Origin: an uncultured Bacteroidaceae bacterium
Lineage (GTDB): Bacteria; Bacteroidota; Bacteroidia; Bacteroidales; Bacteroidaceae
Direction: 5' to 3'
Assembly: GCA_905235525.1 (NCBI GenBank)
Contig: CAJOLW010000025.1
Coordinates: 3,452 to 67,451 of the forward strand
DNA: 64,000 nt
The notes under the pieces are model-generated. The model was not told the origin of the DNA. It made no database searches and saw nothing but the letters and a program-made list of their open reading frames with translations. The position numbers were made by a program, and so were the translations under genes. Positions 8,471 to 16,016 of the stretch are shown in pieces; position 1 is the stretch's first letter, and every line of letters starts with the position of its first letter.

Positions 8471-9598
8471 ATGAACAAGCCATTTATCTATGGAACTGCT
8501 GTCGGTGGAGAGAATTTCACAGACAGAGTGCAGGAAACACGAAGACTGAGAATGGACTTCGAAAATGGACTGAACGCCATCCTGATTTCCCCTCGAAGAA
8601 TGGGAAAAACCTCTCTGGTGCAGAAAGTGAGGAATGAAATGACGGATGAGAAGATTAAGGTGATCTACATGGACATCTACGACTGCAGAAGTGAGTACGA
8701 TTTTCTGGAGCGCTTTGCTTCCATTCTCATCAAGCAGACGGCAGGGAAAGTGGAGATGTTAGCATCCACTGTGATGGAGTTCCTCACAAGAGTTGTTCCC
8801 AAAGTCTCTTTCAGCCCAGAACCCAACTCGGAGTTTTCGCTGTCCCTTGGCATCAACCCTGAAACACATACTCCTGATGAAATACTGAACTTACCTGAAC
8901 GCATTGCGGAAAAACGGGGTGTCCACATCATCGTGTGCATTGACGAGTTTCAACAAGTGGGCGAATTTCCGGATAGTCTCAATGTGCAGAAGCGTATGCG
9001 TGGTGCGTGGCAACACCATAAGAATGCCTCCTACTGTATGTTCGGTAGCAAAAAGCATTTGATGATGAAAATCTTTCAGAGCAAACGGATGCCTTTCTAC
9101 AAGTTTGGCGACACCATATTCCTCGACAAAATACCCGATGCTGACTGGGTTGCTTTTATCCAGTCACGCTTTGCCAACAAGGAGAAAAGCATATCTGAAG
9201 ACTTTGCCAAACGTATCTGCCGCACCGTGGATGGGCACTCTTCATACGTCCAGGAACTGGCATGGAATGTATTTGTCGAAACAGAACGTGAAGTTACTGA
9301 GGACTCGTTCCAAAGGGGGCTTGATGAATTGCTCCATCAAAACTCAGCCCTTTTCCAAAGCCGAATCGAAACACTCACCTCTTTTCAGATGAATTTTCTT
9401 CGTGCCTTGTGTGATGGAATCCACAGTGATTTTGGCAGCAAACGCATCATAGACGCTTACCATTTAGGTACCAAATCAAACATCACCCGTCTCAAGAGCA
9501 GCCTTGAAGACAAGGAACTCATTGAGACCAGCAAGGGGGCAACCACCATTGCAGACCCAGTGTTTTTATTGTGGTTCAAAAGGGAATACATGTCATAA
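8471..9598 (+). CDS. ATP-binding protein (Orc1/Cdc6-like 'archaeal ATPase' family AAA+)
   Basis: 375 aa with Walker A SPRRMGKTSLV and Walker B IIVCIDEFQQ. The C-terminal part resembles a winged-helix module. The family assignment is from memory of this architecture. Confidence 0.7.
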   Translation: MNKPFIYGTAVGGENFTDRVQETRRLRMDFENGLNAILISPRRMGKTSLVQKVRNEMTDEKIKVIYMDIYDCRSEYDFLERFASILIKQTAGKVEMLASTVMEFLTRVVPKVSFSPEPNSEFSLSLGINPETHTPDEILNLPERIAEKRGVHIIVCIDEFQQVGEFPDSLNVQKRMRGAWQHHKNASYCMFGSKKHLMMKIFQSKRMPFYKFGDTIFLDKIPDADWVAFIQSRFANKEKSISEDFAKRICRTVDGHSSYVQELAWNVFVETEREVTEDSFQRGLDELLHQNSALFQSRIETLTSFQMNFLRALCDGIHSDFGSKRIIDAYHLGTKSNITRLKSSLEDKELIETSKGATTIADPVFLLWFKREYMS

Positions 9599-9644
9599 GT
9601 GTCCCATTTACCTCCTTACGGTTTCCTTCGATTCCATAACAAGA

Positions 9645-9683
9645 GTGTCCATTTCCGAACACCAAGTGTCCAGAAATGGACAC
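9645..9683 (+). promoter_or_regulatory. second copy of the enhancer palindrome (one degenerate half)
   Basis: The sequence is GTGTCCATTTCCGAACA ccaag TGTCCAGAAATGGACAC. It has the same spacing to a -24/-12 promoter as at 2545. Confidence 0.6.
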
Positions 9684-9726
9684 TTCATTTTAAAGTTACT
9701 ACTGATTATCAATACATTAATCTTTT

Positions 9727-9741
9727 GGCACGTTCTTTGTT
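9727..9741 (+). promoter_or_regulatory. sigma-54 type -24/-12 promoter (TGGCAC-GTTCT-TTGT) for the ABC exporter genes
   Basis: TGGCACGTTCTTTGT lies 29 nt upstream of ATG 9770. A shared TGATTATCA motif lies 15-16 nt upstream of the TGGCAC at both promoters (2603 and 9703). Confidence 0.6.
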
Positions 9742-9769
9742 GTATATATATGGAAAAACAAAGAACAAG

Positions 9770-11047
9770 ATGAACAAACTACTTATTTACCTACGCCAGG
9801 CTCTCCACATGATGAGGGAGGAGCGGCTCTTCTCCGCCATTTATATTGCAGGAACAGCGTTGGCGATTGCTTTCACGATGGTCATTGCTGTGGTGTATTA
9901 CGCCAAGTTGGCGGACATCGAGCCGGAAGTGAACAGGAGCCGGACGGTGTATGTATTACCGATGTCAGAGACTCCCAAAAACGGAGCAGAACTTAAAGAA
10001 GAAAAGAATTACTTCCTTTCAGATGAAGTGAAAGAATGGTTCTATCCACTGAAAAGCGTTGAGGTAGTCAGTGCTAACCTTAGATTAGAAGAATGGCACA
10101 GCGATAAAATAAACATTTGGAATAAGGAAAATAAAGATTTTAAACCTATTCCCGTGGCGACAAAAATGGTGGATGAGAATTTCTTCAGAGTCTATCACTT
10201 TCAGTTCGTCTATGGACACCCTTTCACAAAAGAGGAAAAGAATTTGAACATCTGCATCATCAGCCGAGACATTTCCGAGAAATTGTTTGGCAAGGGTGTT
10301 GATCCTGTGGGAAAGATGCTCAATCTCGGCGGTGAATTCCGCATTGTGGGCGTGACGGAACCGACCTCGTCTATTGCAGAACAGAGTTTCGCCCAACTTT
10401 TTGTGTACATAGGCGAAGATGAGGCAAGAGATATGATCACCATTGTTTTGAAAGAAGGGTGCAGCGTTGCCGACTTAGAGAAGGAGTTGGAGGAGGTTGC
10501 CCACAAGCGTAGCGTCAGCAGCAAGGACATGAACTATTCGTTCGAAAACAGAGTATTGCCCCATGCTCAACTCCAAATGTCAGGGGGGCGGACGCTCTCC
10601 TCATGGAAAGACATCCTCATTTCTCTCTTTCCACAAGTGTTTGTGTTACTGCTCGTGCCTGCTCTCAATCTGAGCGGATTGGTGGCAGCACGGATGAAAC
10701 GCCGACTGCCTGAGATGGGGGTTCGTAAAGCATTTGGAGCCAAACGGAAAGAACTGATGCATCAGGTCATCATGGAGAATCTGGTGCTCACCCTTTGTGG
10801 CGGCATTGTCGGTTTGTTCATCACCTGGCTGCTGCTCTATGTATTTCGTTCGTGGGTGTTCTTTGCCATCGGAAGCCAGTTCACCATGATGTCCGAACCG
10901 ACCATTGAGGGCGAAATGCTCTTCTCGCCCTTTATCTTCCTTATCGCCTTTGCGGTATGCCTTATCGTGAACATGATGGCAGCCATCATTCCAGCATGGC
11001 TCAGCCTTCGTCATCCAATTGTAGAATCCATGAATCAGAAGAAATAA
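9770..11047 (+). CDS. MacB/FtsX-type ABC transporter permease
   Basis: Start placed at MNKLLIYLRQAL, because the ORF-track start 9599 reads through the enhancer/promoter. It has an N-terminal TM helix, a large extracytoplasmic domain and a C-terminal FtsX domain (RKAFGAKRKELMHQVIMENLVLTL). Confidence 0.85.
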   Translation: MNKLLIYLRQALHMMREERLFSAIYIAGTALAIAFTMVIAVVYYAKLADIEPEVNRSRTVYVLPMSETPKNGAELKEEKNYFLSDEVKEWFYPLKSVEVVSANLRLEEWHSDKINIWNKENKDFKPIPVATKMVDENFFRVYHFQFVYGHPFTKEEKNLNICIISRDISEKLFGKGVDPVGKMLNLGGEFRIVGVTEPTSSIAEQSFAQLFVYIGEDEARDMITIVLKEGCSVADLEKELEEVAHKRSVSSKDMNYSFENRVLPHAQLQMSGGRTLSSWKDILISLFPQVFVLLLVPALNLSGLVAARMKRRLPEMGVRKAFGAKRKELMHQVIMENLVLTLCGGIVGLFITWLLLYVFRSWVFFAIGSQFTMMSEPTIEGEMLFSPFIFLIAFAVCLIVNMMAAIIPAWLSLRHPIVESMNQKK

Positions 11048-11152
11048 TTATATGTACAATTTGACCATGTACAATGTACCATCTATTTTCCATTCGGGAT
11101 GTACGTAAAAAACAGTTCAATCGCTAAATTGTCAAATAAATTGTAAATCACT
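11048..11152 (+). repeat. 105-nt intercistronic element (head ATGTACAATTTGACCAT, tail AAATTGTAAATCACTATG)
   Basis: Homologous along its length to 12464-12568 and shares head and tail with 62473-62593. Contains the mini-ORF 11052-11108. Confidence 0.7.
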
Positions 11153-12463
11153 ATGATGAAACAGATACTCAACAACCTTTGGAGCCAACGAACACAAAAT
11201 GTATGGCTCTTCATCGAACTGGTGGTGGTGTGCTTTGTAGCATGGACACAACTTGACCCGATTGCCGTGAGATTGTACTATAAGAGTTTGCCGAAAGGCT
11301 TTGACAGCGAACGGTTGGTGGTGGCAAACACCAGAACCACCGATATACAATGGATAGACGATGACTCATACAACACGAATAGAGCATTCGTTCAAAAGAT
11401 GATCAAACAAAAATTACAGACATTAGATGAGGTGGAACAAGTGAGCCTCCTTGGACAAATCCAAGGTTTACTGGCTCCTCGGAACATTTTCAATGGTTCA
11501 TCATGGGTCGATCAGGAAGGTGAACAATACATTTATGGAAATGACACCATCCTTGTCTATGAACTATGCTACATTAAGAACGAGCACTTTTTTGAAACTT
11601 ATGGCATTCAAGTAGCGGATGGAAGCCCTACAGCAAAAGAACTATCGAAGTTGGATGATGATGGTGTGGTCATCAGCCGTTCCATTGCCGAGCACTTCTT
11701 TGGGTCTGCCAAGGATGCCATCGGCAAAGAAATTTTTGAAGCTGACATCATGATGAGTCGCCGCATCCGAGGAGTGGTAGAGGATATTCATGTGTCAGAT
11801 TCCAACTTCGACACCTGGCAAATCTATCAATCCACCTCGGACATTAAAATGATTTTTATTAGTAACCACCTCACCATACGCCTGAAACCTGATGTGAACG
11901 TACAGCAATTTATTGAGAAGTACAACTGTCTTCAACAATTTGCTACAGACGGGCTTGCCATCGCCTTCTTCACACCTTACGAGGACATAGCCACGCCCAA
12001 GAATCAGTTTGCTACGCCTATACTCTCCTACGACTTCAATCTCTCTGTCGCCACCGCCATCTTCTTCCTCATCAACCTCTGCTTGGGTGTGATTGGCACG
12101 TTCTGGATGCAGACCAAGCGGCGAACGGAAGAGTCGGGCATCATGCGGGCATTCGGATCTACGAAGCGACGCATCATGGGAATGTTCTTGGCGGAGGGCT
12201 TCGTGCTCACCACCTTCAGCATGTTCATCACCTGCATCCTCTACCTCAACTATGTGAAGACAGGACTTGGTACCTTGTGCATCCCTCCTCATGAGCCATA
12301 TGCACAACCCGACCCCACATGGGTGGCAGACAAGCCCCTGCACTTCCTCATCATCTCCGGCATCGTCTATCTCATCATACTCATCACTGTCTCCATCGGC
12401 ATCACCATCCCTGCATGGAACATCGTCAGGACAAAGCCTGTGGAAGCACTGAGAGAAGAATAA
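11153..12463 (+). CDS. MacB/FtsX-type ABC transporter permease (paralogue)
   Basis: 436 aa with the same topology as the upstream permease and an FtsX domain MRAFGSTKRRIMGMFLAEGFVLTT. Confidence 0.85.
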   Translation: MMKQILNNLWSQRTQNVWLFIELVVVCFVAWTQLDPIAVRLYYKSLPKGFDSERLVVANTRTTDIQWIDDDSYNTNRAFVQKMIKQKLQTLDEVEQVSLLGQIQGLLAPRNIFNGSSWVDQEGEQYIYGNDTILVYELCYIKNEHFFETYGIQVADGSPTAKELSKLDDDGVVISRSIAEHFFGSAKDAIGKEIFEADIMMSRRIRGVVEDIHVSDSNFDTWQIYQSTSDIKMIFISNHLTIRLKPDVNVQQFIEKYNCLQQFATDGLAIAFFTPYEDIATPKNQFATPILSYDFNLSVATAIFFLINLCLGVIGTFWMQTKRRTEESGIMRAFGSTKRRIMGMFLAEGFVLTTFSMFITCILYLNYVKTGLGTLCIPPHEPYAQPDPTWVADKPLHFLIISGIVYLIILITVSIGITIPAWNIVRTKPVEALREE

Positions 12464-12568
12464 ATATAATGGACAATTTGTACCATGGACAATGGACAAT
12501 TTATGAATTGGATGATTTTCGTAAATGACTCAATCAAAAAAATTAAATAGTAAATTGTAAATATCATT
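12464..12568 (+). repeat. 105-nt intercistronic element (second copy)
   Basis: ATGGACAATTTGTACCATGGACAATGGACAAT ... TAAATAGTAAATTGTAAATATCATTATG. Contains the mini-ORF 12469-12528. Confidence 0.7.
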
Positions 12569-13246
12569 ATGGAAACAATCATTAAATTGACAAACATCAA
12601 CAAGGTGTATCGCACTGAGGAAATTGAGACTCAGGCATTGGAGAACGTGAACATCGAAGTGGAAAAGGGAGAGTTCCTCAGCGTGATGGGACCATCGGGC
12701 TGTGGCAAATCGACTTTGCTCAACATCATGGGACTGCTCGATGAACCCACCAGCGGCGAGATTGAACTGTGTGGCACAAAGATTGATTCCACACTGAGCG
12801 ACAACCGATTGGCAGAGTTCCGCAACAAGACGCTGGGCTTCGTGTTCCAGTCGTTCCACCTCATCAGTTCGCTCAACGTGCTCGACAACGTGCAGTTGCC
12901 ACTCCTCTATCGGGGTGTCGGCTACAGCGAACGCATGAAACGCGCCAAAGAAGTCATTGAGCGAGTGGGACTGTCCCACCGCATGAAACACACACCCGTG
13001 CAACTCTCAGGTGGTCAGTGCCAGCGTGTTGCCATTGCCCGTGCCATCATCGGCAACCCCGAAATCATCCTCGCCGACGAACCGACAGGTAACCTCGACT
13101 CGAAGATGGGTGCCGACATCCTCGGACTGCTCAAGCAACTGAACGAGGAGGATGGACGCACCATCGTGATGGTGACACACAACGAACAGCAGGCACAGCA
13201 AACGAGCAGAATCATCAAGTTCTTGGACGGAAGACAAATCATGTGA
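12569..13246 (+). CDS. ABC transporter ATP-binding protein (MacB/LolD-like)
   Basis: 225 aa with Walker A GPSGCGKSTLL, signature LSGGQCQRVAIARA and Walker B IILADEPTGNLD. Confidence 0.92.
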   Translation: METIIKLTNINKVYRTEEIETQALENVNIEVEKGEFLSVMGPSGCGKSTLLNIMGLLDEPTSGEIELCGTKIDSTLSDNRLAEFRNKTLGFVFQSFHLISSLNVLDNVQLPLLYRGVGYSERMKRAKEVIERVGLSHRMKHTPVQLSGGQCQRVAIARAIIGNPEIILADEPTGNLDSKMGADILGLLKQLNEEDGRTIVMVTHNEQQAQQTSRIIKFLDGRQIM

Positions 13247-13410
13247 TTATGCACAAAAATAATATATATGTTCTACTCTCAACACCTTTGGTGTCTCAAA
13301 AAACAATAATTACCAATAGCATGTCGGCTTGTGTCGCGTCAGCCCATCTTTTATATCTTTTCCATCTTTGTTGATAAATAAACTATTTTTGCTCACCTAC
13401 TTAGTTAAAT

Positions 13411-13460
13411 AATAAAAATGATTTTATTTTGTATAGTGTTTGGCTTTCACTAACTTTGCA
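13411..13460 (+). repeat. 50-nt promoter cassette, copy 1 (-33 TTTG, -7 TAACTTTG)
   Basis: AATAAAAATGATTTTATTTTGTATAGTGTTTGGCTTTCACTAACTTTGCA is near identical to 14226-14275. Confidence 0.7.
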
Positions 13461-13485
13461 GCAGAAACCAATACGATCATGAATC

Positions 13486-14128
13486 ATGACATATCTCAAT
13501 CTGTTCCACAAAGAAGTGACGGAGCGCAAGAAGCGGAAAATAGCCGCATCTCAGCAATCGCCGATGAACTCAAACGACTTTGCGCAGTATATGAAGCACA
13601 ACGTGGAACTGGCAAAGCAGATGTAACCCATTCGAGACAGAGCAGCGGGTTGCTGAGCAACTTGCCAAGTCACTGGACTTTTGGATTCCTATGCCAGAAG
13701 TATTTAATCTTGGCGTTCCAGGACCAAGTGGTCATGAGAACGACACCTACGTTGCAGAAAAAGTCATCTATAAGGTGAACAATCTGCTGAATAGTGGAAG
13801 CATTGTCGGACTTCTGCAAAAAATCATGATGCACAACACAATTTTTCCAGACACCGCTTACTCCTTCTATGGCTTTGCAGGCTTTGATGGTCGCACGGTT
13901 CAGCCAATCATTGTTCAGCCCCGTGTCGCTAATGCCCACCCAGCAACGCAGATTATGATTGATACTTATATGGCAGCCTTGGGATTTGAGAAGGCTGCCG
14001 ATGAAGGACGTTTCACTAATGGAGAGTACGACGTATGGGATCTCTTACCTCGTAATGTCCTGACAGACAACGAGGGCGACATTTTTGTTGTTGATGCGGA
14101 GATAAAACATATCGTTGTAAAACCATGA
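13486..14128 (+). pseudogene. frame-disrupted gene of unknown function with a kinase-like catalytic-loop motif
   Basis: Frame 1 reads MTYLNLFHKEVTERKKRKIAASQQSPMNSNDFAQYMKHNVELAKQM and stops at 13626. Frame 2 is open from 13595 and continues ...NPFETEQRVAEQLAKSLDFWIPMPEVFNLG... to 14128. The C-terminus reads WDLLPRNVLTDNEGDIFVVDAEI. Confidence 0.45.
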
Positions 14129-14225
14129 TTAAACAGATTTGACTTTTTCATTCTTCCTTTTGTTTTTCCTTCATTAATTGCACATTGAGCATCAATCCAA
14201 GTTAGGATGCGCCTCAACAATAAAA

Positions 14226-14275
14226 ATAAAAATGATTTTATTTTGTATAGTGTTCAACTTTCACTAACTTTGCAC
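14226..14275 (+). repeat. 50-nt promoter cassette, copy 2
   Basis: AATAAAAATGATTTTATTTTGTATAGTGTTCAACTTTCACTAACTTTGCA, 40 nt upstream of the SGNH gene start. Confidence 0.7.
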
Positions 14276-14314
14276 ATGGCAAAAGACAAATAGAAAATTA
14301 CTAAACCTATTTAT

Positions 14315-14970
14315 TTGATGAAAAAGTTTTTTATCCTTATGCTGATGGCTGCTATGGTGGTGGCTGCATCGGCACAAACAAAGAAGGTGTCCATTTTGGG
14401 CGACTCTTATTCTACATTCCAGGGTATCATCCCTGCTAATTACTCTACCTTCTACCCCAACAACCAGAATGATGTGAAGGAGGTGGAGCAGACGTGGTGG
14501 AGCCTCTACATCAAGGCGAAGGGCTATGCGCTGGAAAAAAATGACTCTTGGGGCGGCACCACCATTTGCGGCACGGGATATGGTCGCATGGATTCGTCAC
14601 GCAGCAACTTCATCTCACGTGTGGACAGTCTGGGCAATCCCGACATCATCTTTGCGGCACGAACGATGCTTGGGCAAACTCTCCAGTGGGCGAGTATCAG
14701 TACTCGGATTGGACGAAGGACGATTGCAAGAATTTCCGCCCTGCCCTCGCCTGCCTGTTTGACATGCTTCAGAAGCGTTATCCAAAGGCAAAACTGGTCT
14801 CTCTCCTGAACTCTGAGTTGCGGGAACCTATCAACGAGTCAATGCGTGAGGTGTGCAAGCACTACAAAGTGCAACTCATCGAACTGCACGACATCGAGAA
14901 GCAGAACGGTCACCCATCCATCAGCGGCATGAAGAGCATCTGCGAACAATTGGTGGAAGCAGGGTTGTAA
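14315..14970 (+). pseudogene. SGNH/GDSL-family hydrolase, frameshifted
   Basis: The N-terminal ORF has a signal peptide and ILGDSYS (block I). After PDIIF it leaves frame. The overlapping ORF 14548-14970 carries CGTNDAWAN (block III) and HPS (block V-like). One extra T in the TTT run at about 14650 would restore PDIIFCGTNDAW. Confidence 0.65.
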
Positions 14971-14971
14971 A

Positions 14972-15006
14972 AGCCCCCTCTAACTCCCCATAGGAGAGAG
15001 AGGAGT
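14972..15006. repeat. single arm of the G/C-hairpin element family
   Basis: AGCCCCCTCTAACTCCCCATAGGAGAGAGAGGAG resembles the left arms at 6741, 23443 and 48185. Confidence 0.55.
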
Positions 15007-15007
15007 G

Positions 15008-15086
15008 AAAAGTTAAAAGTAGAAGTTACCTACCATACGGGGTGTTGGTGCCCTGTTTGCAAAGGTAACTTCTACTTTTAACTTTT
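15008..15086. repeat. perfect 23-bp inverted repeat (long hairpin built of A/T heptads)
   Basis: AAAAGTTAAAAGTAGAAGTTACC (15008-15030) is the exact reverse complement of GGTAACTTCTACTTTTAACTTTT (15064-15086). Confidence 0.8.
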
Positions 15087-15243
15087 AGTTTTTAACTTTT
15101 CACTTTTTCATTACGTTGGCTCCGCCGAAGTTAAGATGCACCTCAACAATAGTTTTCATTAGAAAAACAAAGAAAAAGGTTCTATCCCAATACCTTGAAA
15201 AAATAATCTTAGACTTGTCTTTGGAAATAAAGGGAATCATTCG

Positions 15244-15251
15244 TAACTTTG
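15244..15251 (+). promoter_or_regulatory. Bacteroidota -7 box (TAACTTTG) for the ORF6N gene
   Basis: TAACTTTGTAGGCGAAAAGA lies 45 nt upstream of ATG 15296. The same 20-mer, with one mismatch, precedes the helicase gene. Confidence 0.5.
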
Positions 15252-15295
15252 TAGGCGAAAAGAGTATAAGGCATAGCGAAGGAGGAAGCGGAAAT

Positions 15296-15925
15296 ATGAA
15301 CAACATTCAGATTATTCAGAGTAAAATATATGAAATACGTGGTCAACGCGTGATGCTTGATCGGGATTTGGCAGAACTTTATCAAGTTACAACAGGAAAC
15401 CTGAATAAAGCAGTGAAGCGAAACATCAGACGCTTTCCGCCAGATTTTATGTTCCAGTTAACAAAAAAAGAATTTGAATTCTTGAAACAATCTTTGATAT
15501 TCCAAAATGGAATTTCAAACGATAAGGTAAAGGATGCCAAGGGTATTCTTCGGACAGGCCGTGGTGGTGTTCGTCAATTGCCCTATGCTTTCACTGAACA
15601 GGGGTTAGCGATGCTCTCTGGCATTCTGAACAGCGACGTTGCTATTGATGTGAACATATCTATCATGCGTGCTTTCGTTGCTATTCGCCGCATGGCGGCT
15701 TCCCTTCAGCCCTCCAGCCCATCTGCTGACATCACTCAATTACGCAAAGATTTCGAAGATTTGAAACTTGACATTGAGGACATTTTTCATGACCAGAACG
15801 ACATCAACGAGTCAACTCGTATGCAGTTGGAAAACATCACACTGGCACTTGCCGAGTTACAAGGAACTTCACATGAGCAGAAGCCACGGAGAAGAATTGG
15901 ATTTGTGCAGGATGAAAACAGTTAA
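15296..15925 (+). CDS. ORF6N domain (KilA-N/Bro-N-like DNA-binding) protein
   Basis: Start placed at [60 protein letters not shown], the ORF6N signature. The C-terminal half is a coiled coil. Confidence 0.8.
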   Translation: MNNIQIIQSKIYEIRGQRVMLDRDLAELYQVTTGNLNKAVKRNIRRFPPDFMFQLTKKEFEFLKQSLIFQNGISNDKVKDAKGILRTGRGGVRQLPYAFTEQGLAMLSGILNSDVAIDVNISIMRAFVAIRRMAASLQPSSPSADITQLRKDFEDLKLDIEDIFHDQNDINESTRMQLENITLALAELQGTSHEQKPRRRIGFVQDENS

Positions 15926-15989
15926 ATGAGATTCCCCTTCACAATACAAACAAATTCTTTTTATATGTGGAAAAATGAAATAAAATGAT

Positions 15990-15997
15990 TAACTTTG
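15990..15997 (+). promoter_or_regulatory. Bacteroidota -7 box (TAACTTTG) for the helicase-methylase array
   Basis: TAACTTTGTGGGCGAAAAGA lies 20 nt upstream of ATG 16017. Confidence 0.5.
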
Positions 15998-16016
15998 TGG
16001 GCGAAAAGAAAAATAT

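Noticed and set aside
9599-9769. N-terminal 57-codon extension of the first permease ORF (GTG start)
   Set aside because: It reads through the enhancer palindrome and the -24/-12 promoter. ATG 9770 gives a normal MacB/FtsX N-terminus.
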